DNA of 64,000 nt from Octopus bimaculoides (Eukaryota): positions 49,749,601 through 49,813,600 of the forward strand of contig NC_068999.1 of NCBI RefSeq assembly GCF_001194135.2, given 5' to 3'. This document shows positions 11,845 through 26,583 of this stretch, in pieces; positions within the stretch are counted from its first letter, which is position 1, and every line of letters starts with the position of its first letter. The translations under genes were made by a program, and so were the position numbers. The notes beneath the pieces are model-generated. The model worked only from the letters and a program-made list of their open reading frames with translations. It made no database searches and was not told the origin of the DNA.

Positions 11845-12054
11845 AGCGTATTAAAATCAGCGCTAGTGTTGTAAATATTATCGGCACATACTCAATGTAT
11901 ATGTTTTGCTTGTTCGCCGGTTCACTGCCAAATTGTGCCGTGGAGACAACTCCATCATTGCGCCGGCGAAATAGCAGAATCTATCACTCCTGAATGGGAT
12001 CGGAGGCGAATTGTGACGTCTGTCTACGACTTTCAAGCATTTTAATACCCAGTG

Positions 12055-12418
12055 CAATGAAGGAAAAGATGAAAGGCAAAGTGGATCTCGGCGGAATTGG
12101 AAGGAACTTAGGTTGTAAAGACCTGCGAAATGCCGCTAAGCATTTTTTCCGGCGCGCCAACGATTCTGCCAGCACGCCGCCTTCTCCCTAAAGAATGATA
12201 ATCCTTTCTATTATAAGCACAATGTCTGAAATTTTGGGGGAGAGGGACCATTCGATTAGATTGACCCCAGTACGCAACTGGTACTTAATTTATCGACCCC
12301 GAAATGATAAAAGGCAAAGTCGACCTCGGCGGAATTTGAACCCCCAGAACGTAAAGACGTACGAAATGCCGTTAAGTACTTTGCCTGGCGCGCCAACGGT
12401 TCTGCCACCTCGCTGCCT
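12055..12418 (-). mobile_element. Two head-to-tail SINE family B copies (12055-12182; 12225-12418)
   Basis: Both read gatgaaaggcaaagt...gaaatgccgctaag...gcgcgccaacg..tctgcca on the plus strand. Confidence 0.85.
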
Positions 12419-13805
12419 TCTCCCAACAGAGTAATAAAAGTTCTTTTGTTGGGATATTACTTAAGATAGCAGCACAAAGTGTCATCTCCCGTAAGATTAC
12501 AGCACACTTTGAGAAACATTACAAACTTGTTATAAACGCAATAATATCTGCCATCTGCATAATGCATTGTGAATAAAACATATGAATTAGACGTGCATTA
12601 ACATATATTATAAACTCTACACATAATAATACATTTTAAATTCTAATTCGTATATTGCAAAGTAGTGTGAAATTTGTCCTAACATTTTGACGCCTCAGCA
12701 AATAACGTATTCACATTATGACAAACAGTTATATTATAATAGACATATTGTCAGAAAGTGAGCGGTGTGTGTGCTATTGTATGAAGTGTTCAAGAATTCT
12801 TTCGTTATTTATTAAATCGTTTCATTCATTCCCTCGGGAAATTGCGAGAAATGTAAATATCTCTGTAATGTTTCAATGGAGAAACTCTAATATATTCCTT
12901 CTCCGTATGGTTGAACATTGAATCAATCAAACGTCAGGAGAAAGAGACATTTAATTAAATCGAACCCACCAGATACTTCATAATCCTTCGTTTTTATATT
13001 AAGTTTAGTTCTCTAGCCAACTTTCTCATCGCTCCGTTTCGATATAGGATATCATGTCTGAGTGTATATGATGTGACCATTCTGCCGAATAGACATCTGT
13101 GTGTGATATGCATTAACATGTAAAGAGCCAGACCGCTGCACATACTGTAATTACACAAAAGTAAAGCCAATCCCAAATTTCTAGACTGATTCTTTATTTT
13201 TTTTTTAGATTCCTTCATTACTTTATACAAAAGAAGAGGTCAAAAACGTAAGAGAAATAAAAACGTCGTTTCATTTACTTTGTTTCACCAGGAAATCTTA
13301 TTGTGAACGTGGGCATAGGACTGTCTTGAAGAGAATTCATTTGGAGAAACTGTGAACAGTATTTATTATAGGTCGGAGAGCATAATGGTTATCAGTATTC
13401 AACGCCCAACAGCTTGTAACAATGGAATAAATAAATGAAGAAATATACAGATAAATATATACAGAAGCGCATTAAGAGTCGGAGATCATTCGCTTACTGC
13501 AAAATGATGATATATTTGATAGCTTACAGTCTGGTATAGTATATACAACAAAAAGAGAACGTTTTCTTGAAGGCCGGTGAGGGGTAGAGAGGCATCTCAC
13601 GTCAGATAGTCAACATGCATTTCTTGATTGCGAACAAACATGTTAGATATAGCATTAAGATGTGTATCGATAGATGTTTTTAAATAAACATATTCCAGTA
13701 CAGAGTCTCTTAAACATCTACGCCTATCTCTGCCGCTTGTACGTCGGTCACACTATACGCCTGTAACTTTACAATCCTTATCAGGTTTAATACATACGTA
13801 TGAAC

Positions 13806-13870
<65 letters not shown>

Positions 13871-14276
13871 CACACACACACATATATATAATATGTGTGT
13901 ATATATATATATTTATATAGAACACACACACATACATACCTACATGTATATATACATAGATACATGCATACATATATATGTATATGTGCATATATAGATA
14001 TGCATTGTATGTACATATAAATATGTATATGTATACATGTGTATACATGTGTGTGAGTGCGCGTGCGTGTATGCGTGTTTGTGTACGCGCGCTTTTCTTT
14101 CGCGAGATCCTTGATGTGTGTTGAAACCGATATTGTTGTATTTTGTAAGAATGACCCTCCCCCAATGCACACGCGCGCGCACACAGATTTATGTATTTAT
14201 GTATGTATATATATGTATGTATGTATGTATGTATAAGTATGTATACATATACGTACATAAATGTATACATAAGCAT

Positions 14277-14338
<62 letters not shown>

Positions 14339-14902
14339 GCGCGCGCACACACACATATGCATATACCTTGCGTTTAAAGAATTTCCCAAGGATGTCTTCT
14401 GCATGTTGAACAGATATTTATGTATGTTAAGGAAAATCAGAAGATTGGAGGTAATAGTTTTTACCTGAAATAAAAATAATTCAATTTGAATTCAGTCGAT
14501 TTCATTGATCCCAATATTTAATCCTGGCTTTCTTTAATCGGCTCTCATTTAACGCTAAACTTAAAGGGCCTCAACAAATATGATAAGGCATTTTGTCACG
14601 TGCTCTACCGATTCTGCGGCCCCATTGGCTTTCAAATGAGTATTAATTGCTAACTGAGGATTAAGGCCTCAATTTATGATGATAGAGTGAGGTGTGTATC
14701 GATTATATCAATTCCAGACATTTCTTCATCTCAAAGGAATGAAAAGGAGCAGAAAGCTTCTGAATCCCAGAAGAAAGAAAGACAAAAACACATCGGTAAG
14801 ATTTTAACCAAGAACATAATTGTCTCAATTAATATACCAGAAGGAATTTTAATCGATTCTCAGTTGTTTTTGTCAATTCACGGCTTTTTTGAAGATCATT
14901 GA

Positions 14903-15118
14903 TATTAGTTTCAAATTTTGGCACATTGTCAATAGTTTCGAGGAAGGGGCTAAGTCGATACTTCGACCCTAGTGCTCAACTGCTACTTATTTTATCGACC
15001 CCGATAGGATGAAAGGCAAAGTCGACATCGGTGGCTTTTGAACATAGAACGTAAAGCCGGACGAAATGCTGCTAAGCATTTTGTCTGGCGTGCTAGCGAT
15101 TCTTCCAGCTCGCCGCCA
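14903..15118 (-). mobile_element. SINE family B
   Basis: tacttattttatcgacccc...gatgaaaggcaaagtcgac...ccagctcgccgcc. Confidence 0.85.
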
Positions 15119-15570
15119 AGAAGATTGTTGATATTAAAAGCTATAAAGTACCGCTCAAGTAGTGGGTCGATTTTCTTTATTGTACACATCTCCAAAATAT
15201 GTGACCTGATTTTGATACTAGGAATCAATACTGGAAGCATTATACTGTTCGATGTTAGCCTATAGTTCAATTTATCATATCCAATCATTTTTAATCGTAC
15301 TAATACAAGTCGTAGATATATGCAATCGCAAATGGAATACCAAACCAGTAACGTTTGAGCAGAGGCATAAAGAGTAAAAATAAAATAGATTTCTTTTTTT
15401 TTATCTTTCTTTGGTTATATTCTTTTGTGTTATTCCTGTTATTCCTTTGTTACCATTCTCTTTTACTTTCCATTCGAATTTCTTCTACATTCTGATTTTA
15501 AAGCAATCCTTGCAAGCTATTTGGCAAGGTTTGATTGATCGTACAAACATATATGCATTGATAAATACGT

Positions 15571-15656
<86 letters not shown>

Positions 15657-16250
15657 NNNNNNNNNNNNNNNNNNNNNNNNNNNNNNNNNNNNNNNNNNNN
15701 NNNNNNNNNNNNNNNNNNNNNNNNNNNNNNNNNNNNNNNNNNNNNNNNNNNNNNNNNNNNNNNNNNNNNNNNNNNNNNNNNNNNNNNNNNNNNNNNNNNN
15801 NNNNNNNNNNNNNNNNNNNNNNNNNNNNNNNNNNNNNNNNNNNNNNNNNNNNNNNNNNNNNNNNNNNNNNNNNNNNNNNNNNNNNNNNNNNNNNNNNNNN
15901 NNNNNNNNNNNNNNNNNNNNNNNNNNNNNNNNNNNNNNNNNNNNNNNNNNNNNNNNNNNNNNNNNNNNNNNNNNNNNNNNNNNNNNNNNNNNNNNNNNNN
16001 NNNNNNNNNNNNNNNNNNNNNNNNNNNNNNNNNNNNNNNNNNNNNNNNNNNNNNNNNNNNNNNNNNNNNNNNNNNNNNNNNNNNNNNNNNNNNNNNNNNN
16101 NNNNNNNNNNNNNNNNNNNNNNNNNNNNNNNNNNNNNNNNNNNNNNNNNNNNNNNNNNNNNNNNNNNNNNNNNNNNNNNNNNNNNNNNNNNNNNNNNNNN
16201 NNNNNNNNNNNNNNNNNNNNNNNNNNNNNNNNNNNNNNNNNNNNNNNNNN

Positions 16251-16317
<67 letters not shown>

Positions 16318-16333
16318 CGCGTACGTGATATAC

Positions 16334-16510
16334 ATGTAGACAGGCAGACGTTTTCCGCCGCCATCCATTGAATAACTTTGTCGTCTGTGTTTAAGGTGAA
16401 TCCATATTTCGACAATGCATTTTTCTGTTTGACTTGTTTACAATTTAATTCACCATTTTTAACCATAAAAGTTTTATGGCACATATCCCGATAAAACTCA
16501 GTAACATTCT
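16334..16510 (-). CDS. Candidate exon of gene B (NVTEFYRDMCHKTFMVKNGELNCKQVKQKNALSKYGFTLNTDDKVIQWMAAENVCLST); product unknown
   Basis: ttattacttttag acceptor, 177 nt open phase 1-1, GTATAT donor (alternative weaker GTCTGC 15 nt earlier); motif similarity to 38895-39140. Confidence 0.6.
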
Positions 16511-16623
16511 CTAAAAGTAATAACAATGAATGAATAAATGAATAAAAATAAATAAATACATAAATAAATAAATATATAAATAAGCAAATGTATTGGTATC
16601 TTCCAAGTTATCAATAACAATAC

Positions 16624-16652
16624 CGCTTCGAGTATGCTGATGAGAAAGTTTG
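16624..16652 (-). CDS. Candidate 29-nt exon of gene B (KLSHQHTRS)
   Basis: Strong pyrimidine tract tcttcttctttatttcttcattttacag, GTATTG donor; phase 2-to-1 links 20545-20638 to 16334-16510. An alternative acceptor giving an exon start at 16749 is also in frame. Confidence 0.4.
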
Positions 16653-17167
16653 CTGTAAAATGAAGAAATAAAGAAGAAGATATCATTCTTATCAGATGAA
16701 GAATTCTTCATTTCCATTCTGGAGTGATGATAGCGAATAGTATTGCGAACTATCAAAAGTTGAGACTAAATATATAGAGAGACATAGATATATATTTAAT
16801 CACAGTATGAAGAAAATATCTGTGTAAGGAAAAAAGAAAAAGGACGAAATTAAAAGCTATGTTAATGTGAAACACAGACAAGCAATACTTTCGATAATCG
16901 ATCTCAGAAAAAAAATAGATGCATACATTAGTGTATGTATGTATGTATGTATGCATGTATGTATGTATGTATACATATGTATGTGTATGTACTGTATATA
17001 TACGTATACATAAATAAATAAATATATATATTCATTATACGAAATAAATAAATATATATATACATACTTATATGTATTTATATATGTCTGTGTATGCATA
17101 TGTGTTATACAAATATATACGCATATAAAAATTTACTTGTTTGTGCGTGTGTGCATGTGCGTGTGTG

Positions 17168-17246
<79 letters not shown>

Positions 17247-17756
17247 GTGTGTGTGTCTGTGTGTCTGTGTGAATAAAAAATGGAAGCAATTATTATGAAA
17301 TAAATGTCTTACAGTATTTTTTTCTGACTCTTTATATACTCATTCTAATTCCCATGGAGTCCAACTTTGCCTTTTTCCCTTTTCGGTGTCAATAAAATAT
17401 AATTCCATCGAAGTACTAAAATCGATGTAACTGGCTAAGCCGCTTGCAACCCAAATTATTCTCTTTGAGCCTTAATTCCAAACAATAATGTAGCAAAGGT
17501 CAACAAGTCGTTTTCAACAAGTTTACTTTTTCAGACGTATAAGATAAAGTTTTATTTCTTAAATGTGAATTTTATTTCTGGAAAATAAGTAAAAAAAATT
17601 TAAGATTGATGAATTTCTTTTGAAGTAATATAGAATAAAACCATGGTCAGAAACCTCTCTAGTGTTGCTATTTGATAAGAAGGCAAAATAATGTATGCCC
17701 CAAAAGTGTAAATTTTCCAAAAGAGTGAGAGGGAGAAAGAGTGTGTCTTTGTATCT

Positions 17757-17960
17757 GTGTTTGTCCCCCACTATCGCTTGACAACCGATGTTGGTGTGTC
17801 TATGTTCCCGTAGCTTAGGGGTTCGGTAAAAGATACCGTTATAATAAGTACTAGGCATTGAAAAAAGTCCTGGGGTCGATTTGTTCCCTAAAACTCTTCA
17901 AGGCGATGATGCAGCATGGCCGCAGTCAAATGGCTGAAACAAGTAAAAGAATAGAAGAAT
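17757..17960 (+). mobile_element. SINE module C
   Basis: tgtttgtccccc..atcgcttgacaaccgatg...aagtactaggc...gcatggccgcagtcaaatggctgaaacaagtaaaaga. Confidence 0.85.
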
Positions 17961-18519
17961 GAGAGAATATATATTCATTGGCTTGCGTGCGTGTGAGTAC
18001 GTTTATCTCCTTTCTTTGTATTCATGGTTTACGATGACATCTATTTACCACCTTAATAAAAATGATCATATTGGGTAGCATGGTCATGGGTTATCAGTGT
18101 CTTGCGTAAAAAGGAAGAGCGAAAGGGTCGAGGGTGGAATATATTTGATGATATATCAGCTCAATCAGAACTGATCTTAGGTTAAAGAATAACAAGAACA
18201 ACAACAATAGATTCAATAATGAAAATTACGAATTCAGTAATAGTAAACTCATTAATTCTGAATGCTAAAAACTACAAAGACGTATAAACCATTAAATACT
18301 AATGAGAACCTATTATACGCTTAAAAACCATAAGACATTAAACGTTTATGAGATACATTAGAAAACAGCACGAGTGCTTCCTAACTTTGATATTGTTTCA
18401 TAAAACAACTTAAATGGTGTTCGTATCATTCCGGTTGTTTTTCTTTGTTGTAGCTGTTATCATGATCTTCATCACCATCAGCATTTTAATCATCTTCATT
18501 ATTATTAATTATTATTAGG

Positions 18520-18720
18520 GGTATTGAGTGAGAGAGCAGTGCATGCCATCAAAGTGACACTGGGGCAAAATATACGAAGCCCAGTATACCCATCATGACT
18601 ACCCGTCTGATAAGGGTACACCAGGAACATGCGTCACAACCGTATGTGCGCGACATGGTGATCTCATATCAAAGTTAACAGCGCATGACTTTACAGGTGG
18701 GGCCCAGCTAGAATTTTCTT
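18520..18720. repeat. GC-richer probable interspersed repeat (single copy here)
   Basis: Composition differs from flanks; resembles an octopus repeat from memory, not verifiable in-window. Confidence 0.35.
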
Positions 18721-19217
18721 ATTATTATTAGAATAATTACCAGATAATTACCGATAGAATACTTACCAGAATTAAAAAGTACTGCAGTCGATTTCTTCAA
18801 CTAAGCCCTTGTAGGTGGTGCTCCAGCATGGCCAGATAACGTTGTCTGAAACACGTATGTGAATGATAAAAGAAACGTAACTTAAACGATGAAAGAAATG
18901 TAACATGTTAGTTTAATTATTACGTACAGGAAAGAAAAATCAGAGTGAGTTTACCGATTCCGCTAAATGTATTTGGAAAGAAGATTCCAGAGAATCAATC
19001 TAGTTTCTAATATGTCTGAAAATCAATTCCCTATTTCATGTTCTAAATATGTTAACATCTCTTTACAAACGCAAATGTGCAGCTAGAGAAGTGTTCAACT
19101 GATGTGCACCTATATGCGCAAGCAAACGTCCACACGTCCACGCGAGCTAAGAATACTAAAAAGGTTCTGTGCAATCGTTTGAAATATACACACATATATA
19201 TACATACATACATACAT

Positions 19218-19256
<39 letters not shown>

Positions 19257-19861
19257 NNNNNNNNNNNNNNNNNNNNNNNNNNNNNNNNNNNNNNNNNNNN
19301 NNNNNNNNNNNNNNNNNNNNNNNNNNNNNNNNNNNNNNNNNNNNNNNNNNNNNNNNNNNNNNNNNNNNNNNNNNNNNNNNNNNNNNNNNNNNNNNNNNNN
19401 NNNNNNNNNNNNNNNNNNNNNNNNNNNNNNNNNNNNNNNNNNNNNNNNNNNNNNNNNNNNNNNNNNNNNNNNNNNNNNNNNNNNNNNNNNNNNNNNNNNN
19501 NNNNNNNNNNNNNNNNNNNNNNNNNNNNNNNNNNNNNNNNNNNNNNNNNNNNNNNNNNNNNNNNNNNNNNNNNNNNNNNNNNNNNNNNNNNNNNNNNNNN
19601 NNNNNNNNNNNNNNNNNNNNNNNNNNNNNNNNNNNNNNNNNNNNNNNNNNNNNNNNNNNNNNNNNNNNNNNNNNNNNNNNNNNNNNNNNNNNNNNNNNNN
19701 NNNNNNNNNNNNNNNNNNNNNNNNNNNNNNNNNNNNNNNNNNNNNNNNNNNNNNNNNNNNNNNNNNNNNNNNNNNNNNNNNNNNNNNNNNNNNNNNNNNN
19801 NNNNNNNNNNNNNNNNNNNNNNNNNNNNNNNNNNNNNNNNNNNNNNNNNNNNNNNNNNNNN

Positions 19862-19902
<41 letters not shown>

Positions 19903-20279
19903 TGCGTGTGTGAGCGTGAATAATCTGGTTTTGTATTGTATTCTATTCTGAAACAGTTGTATTCGTTTCAGCCTGTTGGTTACATTGTGTTGCATATGTA
20001 TATGTATGAACGTATATCTATCAAACTGAAGATATCTTTTAGAAATCTGTCATCTCTTCTATGCTCTGCTGCTCTAGACGTCTATTTATGCAAAGCTTCG
20101 AAGCATTTCTAAGACCTACTTAACAACATGCTAATAATGCATACAGGGTACCTTAACAGTACTACGTAATAGAATTACTGCCAGTCGGCTGCTGAAATTC
20201 TTACGCATTGCTAACATACTAGTGAAGGTTTTCTCGTTAAAAAAAAAAAAAGTGAAATAACACTAACAGTAGCAACACC

Positions 20280-20322
<43 letters not shown>

Positions 20323-20544
20323 CATGCGATGCAGAATCGAGCAGATGTTTCTTTGATGTTAAAATGAAAATAATGACAAGATGCTATGTTCATTCTGACT
20401 TTGCCCTCTCTCGCTGTTCGTCTGTATAATTCCCTTTCTCTGTCTGTCTTTCTTTCTCTCTCTCTCCTCTCCTCTCTTTCTGTCTCTCCCTCTCTATCTT
20501 CTCTCTCTCTCTTTCTCTCTTACTCTTTTTTTTCTCTCCCTCAC

Positions 20545-20638
20545 CTTCTCTTGCGTCTGTTTAGCCAAAGCAGAATTTGTTCCATTCTGCATGGATGAAC
20601 AATTCTTGTGCCAAGAATATATGTCTTTGCATTAGCAC
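20545..20638 (-). CDS. Candidate exon of gene B (ANAKTYILGTRIVHPCRMEQILLWLNRRKR)
   Basis: catacatttcag acceptor, strong AG|GTGAGG donor, only one open frame (phase 1-to-2). Confidence 0.5.
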
Positions 20639-21435
20639 CTGAAATGTATGATACTTTCTTCACAAAGAATAGGTCATAGTATAAAACAACGTAAGGGCGT
20701 ACGCATTTACATACACACATATACGTACATGCACCTCCCCACACACATGTATATATATATATACACACACACATATATANNNNNNNNNNNNNNNNNNNNN
20801 NNNNNNNNNNNNNNNNNNNNNNNNNNNNNNNNNNNNNNNNNNNNNNNNNNNNNNNNNNNNNNNNNNNNNNNNNNNNNNNNNNNNNNNNNNNNNNNNNNNN
20901 NNNNNNNNNNNNNNNNNNNNNNNNNNNNNNNNNNNNNNNNNNNNNNNNNNNNNNNNNNNNNNNNNNNNNNNNNNNNNNNNNNNNNNNNNNNNNNNNNNNN
21001 NNNNNNNNNNNNNNNNNNNNNNNNNNNNNNNNNNNNNNNNNNNNNNNNNNNNNNNNNNNNNNNNNNNNNNNNNNNNNNNNNNNNNNNNNNNNNNNNNNNN
21101 NNNNNNNNNNNNNNNNNNNNNNNNNNNNNNNNNNNNNNNNNNNNNNNNNNNNNNNNNNNNNNNNNNNNNNNNNNNNNNNNNNNNNNNNNNNNNNNNNNNN
21201 NNNNNNNNNNNNNNNNNNNNNNNNNNNNNNNNNNNNNNNNNNNNNNNNNNNNNNNNNNNNNNNNNNNNNNNNNNNNNNNNNNNNNNNNNNNNNNNNNNNN
21301 NNNNNNNNNNNNNNNNNNNNNNNNNNNNNNNNNNNNNNNNNNNNNNNNNNNNNNNNNNNNNNNNNNNNNNNNNNNNNNNNNNNNNNNNNNNNNNNNNNNN
21401 NNNNNNNNNNNNNNNNNNNNNNNNNNNNNNNNNNN

Positions 21436-21473
<38 letters not shown>

Positions 21474-21972
21474 CATATCTATTTATACGTAGCAGCGTAT
21501 AGCAATTTAGCTAAAGTAAGTTAGAATAATATAAGGTGCCAATGAGTATAAATGAAAACGAAAACAAACTCTATATTACAGATCCTCGGGAAAAGGGACG
21601 ATGTCAGCTTACGGCCAGGTTTACGGTATGTTGACGGCTCCTCAGAGAGGACGCAACTGTCATAATTTCCAATTTAATATCCCAGGTTAGGTTCTTATAA
21701 AACAGTCATGAATCAAACTAGCGCGCTATTGGATATCTTAATTAACATATTTTGGTTTCAGAGGCCCTATCTTTACTTAAGCAATGTCGATGATGTATGT
21801 GTCTGTGTGCGTGTGCATGTACCTGTGTCTTATTCATATTACACTCATAATATACATAGGATAAATAATACATATATTATATGTAATACATATGTGATAA
21901 CACACACACACACACACTTATATACATACATACGCACACACACACTGACATAAACACACCCATGCCATTACA

Positions 21973-22022
<50 letters not shown>

Positions 22023-22539
22023 TATATGTATGTATGTATGTGTGTGTGTAAAGATATATATCTAACTCTACTAACATTTATACACACATGCACACACACA
22101 CACACACATACACACACACACACACACTCATACACACATAAACAAGCACCTATATGTGCGTGTTTGTATGTGTGCATAAGAACATTTGTGTTACATCTAT
22201 TTCCAAGGAAGTTAGACAGAAGCAGCTGAGACTAGCCCAATATATATNNNNNNNNNNNNNNNNNNNNNNNNNNNNNNNNNNNNNNNNNNNNNNNNNNNNN
22301 NNNNNNNNNNNNNNNNNNNNNNNNNNNNNNNNNNNNNNNNNNNNNNNNNNNNNNNNNNNNNNNNNNNNNNNNNNNNNNNNNNNNNNNNNNNNNNNNNNNN
22401 NNNNNNNNNNNNNNNNNNNNNNNNNNNNNNNNNNNNNNNNNNNNNNNNNNNNNNNNNNNNNNNNNNNNNNNNNNNNNNNNNNNNNNNNNNNNNNNNNNNN
22501 NNNNNNNNNNNNNNNNNNNNNNNNNNNNNNNNNNNNNNN

Positions 22540-22589
<50 letters not shown>

Positions 22590-22604
22590 CATATATATAT
22601 ATGC

Positions 22605-22636
<32 letters not shown>

Positions 22637-22937
22637 ATGTATGTATATATATATATAGTTTTCAAATCCATTTTTTAAATAAACATTGACTTTCGTTGTA
22701 GGTGTCGATCCTACACTCTTACCTCTTTTTTTAAATGGTTTCTTCATCTCTTCTCTTTTGTTATTTCTAGCAGCACATCATCATCATCATCAGCAGCAGC
22801 AGCAGCAATAACAAAAACAATAGCTTTGGAGAATAAAACTGTGCACAGGTGAAATGGTAGCGAATAAGTGTAAAGACATGTGCGAGCAATAACAATATTA
22901 ATATAAAACAATCAGGTTTGCAAATTCGGATACGCAA

Positions 22938-23060
22938 TGGTTTCAAATTTTGGCACAAGACCAGCAATTTCGGGAAAGGGGTGAGTCGATTGCAGCGGCC
23001 CCAGAATACATATGGTACTTATTTTATCGACCCCGAAAAAGATGAAAGGCAAAGTTGATT
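22938..23060 (-). mobile_element. SINE family B, 3' part
   Basis: aaattttggcacaagaccagcaatttcggg...ggtacttattttatcgaccccgaaaaagatgaaaggcaaagt. Confidence 0.8.
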
Positions 23061-23289
23061 TACATTAATTGGTGCTAGATACTATTATGTAGAATGTTAT
23101 CCGATATACATGTTTACATTAGCATCAAGTGTATATTAGTGCGGTATAAATTCGCAAACAAGTTTAAATTAATCTTTTAAAAGGAAGTTTGAAGTGGTAT
23201 ACAGCATGAGAGAAGAAAATTATCAATCAACGGTGCATAAAATCAATGTTTGGATTGAGTTTGTTGATGTCTATATATGGCTTCATCAG

Positions 23290-24170
23290 TGAAATGCAAA
23301 AAGGTACTAATAATCATACAAACAGTATTTTATTTGAATAAATACGGTTTGTTTCTTAAATCATTCACTGGATTGTATTTAAATTTCTTGGTTATATTTA
23401 AACGTTTAGAGTCATTAAGTATTGTGCGACTGATAAATGAAGTTAAAGGAAACTGTTATGTTGAAAATTTCTAAGGTAGTTATGCGAGCTATGTTAGCGA
23501 TATTTAAAGAGGAGATAACGCAGGTACTAAGATGCGATAGATGGAAGTCAAATTGATAAATTTAAGTAATGAATTTAAGCTGTTGAAAGAGGAATTAATG
23601 CAGTTGGGAAGATTGTTTAGTTTCCATCATAATGCCAATTATCTGAAACATATTTCTAAGAGATCTTTCTTCGCAAAAGGAAGTTGTTTAGTCTAGATGT
23701 AAGACAGAGAGGTTAGTGGACCAGGAGCTGATAAAATATATTTGTTTGTAGTGGTTTTTATCAGTAAATTTGGTGTTAGCTCTCACAGGATCTGAAATAG
23801 ATTGCAGGAAGTACTTCTATGATGAAAGTAATGCGGAAATATATAAAGATAATTAAGGATTGTGTGTACATAATATAAAACTATAGTATAAATAGTGGAG
23901 AATATATTAGGGAATATAACAGAAAAGTAATACTAAACAGAAGATGAAAGGAAGAGAAGCTAAAAACGCTTAATATTTTCTTTAGGCTGTTAATGTACAC
24001 AGAAATGGAATGGGAGGGATTTTTATCTGGAGCAGTGTAATTAATAAGTAAGAGAGTGGGGTATTTAATGTTGAATGGAATGGAAATGAGATATTGTATA
24101 GTATGTAAACATAACAACAGGTGTTTGTTAGAGAAAAAGGAGGATGATAATGAAATTGGTGCCTCTTTGT
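23290..24170 (-). mobile_element. Possible highly decayed LINE-like remnant
   Basis: Strand-biased composition; minus-strand ...WKLNNLPNCINSSFNSL... loosely resembles the LINE ORF2 WNxLP motif; many stops. Confidence 0.3.
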
Positions 24171-24676
24171 GGTCAAAGATTTGGTGCATTATATAACTGT
24201 GAATACCAAATCAACCGCGAAGTCTTACACTGGATTAACATTTAATCCTTTTAAACATTGCTTTTATCAACACCTGTATACTTTGCGTGAATACAACAGA
24301 AGCAATTTGGCCTCTCATTCAATAGTGCACATTTGTCACTCTCATTTTTTTTTTTTCACCTCTTTACCATTTATATAGAGACTTCAGTTCTGCTAAAGGG
24401 ATTCGTTGCATGAAGGCCGATCCGACTCATTGGTCTCTTCTCCCATCATCATCAATGCATTTTTCTCTCGTTATCCTAAAATAGCTCACTGAACACTCAG
24501 GAAATAAAGTTGCACATTATACTTATACCTCTGACCACCAAACTATAGAAACTCAGAGACCGCAACCACCTTAAGCGGTGCCAAATCTTTCATATTTATA
24601 CAGGAGAAAGACAGGACTAAACGAAAACACATTCCTAATGATCTTACTTCAACAGGACAATTGCCCGCTCCCCTGA

Positions 24677-24813
24677 AATCACTGCAACATCGATGGAAGG
24701 AGTGTGTGGAGCGCAATGGGGGGGGGGGACTATGTTGAAAAATATAGCTCACCTGGTCAGATTACATGAGAGCATCTTTATCAATCGTATGAACTTTTCA
24801 GACGGTCCTTGTA
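24677..24813 (+). mobile_element. Mariner transposon 3' end
   Basis: KSLQHRWKECVERNGGGDYVEK (mariner C-terminus) followed by TIR-like gaacttttcagacggtccttgTA. Confidence 0.85.
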
Positions 24814-25169
24814 TTCCACTCACACGAAGATGTGTATAAAAACAAATAAAATCTGAAAAGCAAAAACAATCTTCAACAAATGTTTCATCCTTTATGTTCC
24901 ATCAGATCAACTGACGGGTAGATGAATGGATAGACAGTCAGAAAGATTGACAGACGGATCGATGGATAAATAGACAGAAAGGCAGACAACCAGCTAGATG
25001 GATAGATAGATAGATAGGTAGGTAGGTAGGTAGGTAGGTAGGTAGATACATACATGCATATATAGATAGAATGGCAATTACGTATATACAAATATTGACA
25101 GATAGGTAGAGATAGATATATAAATTAATACATTGACAGATAAGTATATACAAAAATTGTCAGACACAC

Positions 25170-25214
<45 letters not shown>

Positions 25215-25560
25215 GAGACAGAGAGACAGAGAGAGAGAGAAAGAGAGGGAGAGAGAGATGAAAGGGAATCAAAGTTTCAACGTACACAGGAGTGTAGTTC
25301 GTGTGAGAGAGCATGTATTACTTTGATAGTTTTAAATAGGATTATATTCAGGGAATTGTATCGTTTGGATTAAACGATTTTGAAAGGATTTCGTACAATT
25401 TCTCTCTCTTTTTTCCCCCATTGTCTTGAGATAATTTTATTAAAGCTATACACGTAACAGGCTTAATATCTATATTATTTTGTAATGGTCGCTGTTCTTG
25501 TATTTGTTGTTGCTGATCTCGTCATCGTCGTCGTCGTCGTCCTTGCTTTTACCATATTCC

Positions 25561-25600
<40 letters not shown>

Positions 25601-25799
25601 TTTGTTGTTTTTATATGTATTGTGATTCTTCGTTTCCTCTTCTTGCTATGATGGCGGTGTTATTTCTAAAGATTGTATTTCACATTGGCATTATTGTTGT
25701 CGTCTAGCCCCAGGTATCCGCTAAGCGAGCAAACACAGAATCTTTACCCCCCCCCACACACACACTCCCCACCTTATTTTATTTCCTCAATCATTGTAT

Positions 25800-25960
25800 A
25801 TGTGGCTGTGTGGTAAGAAATTAACATCCCAACAAAAGGGCTCCGGGTTCAGTCCCACAGCGTGACACCTTGGGCATGTGTATTCTACCATGACTCCCGG
25901 GTCGATTAAAGCTCCGTGAGTGGATTTGGCAGACGGAAACTGAACGAAACCCGTCACATA
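25800..25960 (+). mobile_element. tRNA-derived SINE family A (CORE-like body)
   Basis: tggctgtgtggtaagaa...ccgggttcagtccca..gcgtgacaccttgggcatgtg...gagtggatttggcagacggaaactgaa. Confidence 0.85.
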
Positions 25961-26534
25961 TGTGTGTGCGTGTGTGTGTGTATTATATGTTTACATTTAT
26001 ATGTTTATCTATAACTCTGTGTTTGTGTGTGTGCGCGCGTGCGTGTGTTGTAGCATATATATATATATATATATATATANNNNNNNNNNNNNNNNNNNNN
26101 NNNNNNNNNNNNNNNNNNNNNNNNNNNNNNNNNNNNNNNNNNNNNNNNNNNNNNNNNNNNNNNNNNNNNNNNNNNNNNNNNNNNNNNNNNNNNNNNNNNN
26201 NNNNNNNNNNNNNNNNNNNNNNNNNNNNNNNNNNNNNNNNNNNNNNNNNNNNNNNNNNNNNNNNNNNNNNNNNNNNNNNNNNNNNNNNNNNNNNNNNNNN
26301 NNNNNNNNNNNNNNNNNNNNNNNNNNNNNNNNNNNNNNNNNNNNNNNNNNNNNNNNNNNNNNNNNNNNNNNNNNNNNNNNNNNNNNNNNNNNNNNNNNNN
26401 NNNNNNGGGGGGGGGGGTCATTCTCTTTTAGTGCCTTATTATTTAACACACTCACCGGTAAAATTTCCACTCATTTACTTATTAATTCTTCTAAAATTTT
26501 CTTTGTCTTCACCATCATTATCATCATCATCATT

Positions 26535-26583
<49 letters not shown>

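Noticed and set aside
12994-13143. Alternative terminal exon MCSGLALYMLMHITHRCLFGR...NLI*
   Set aside because: Needs a phase-2 donor that was not found; no independent support, though not excluded
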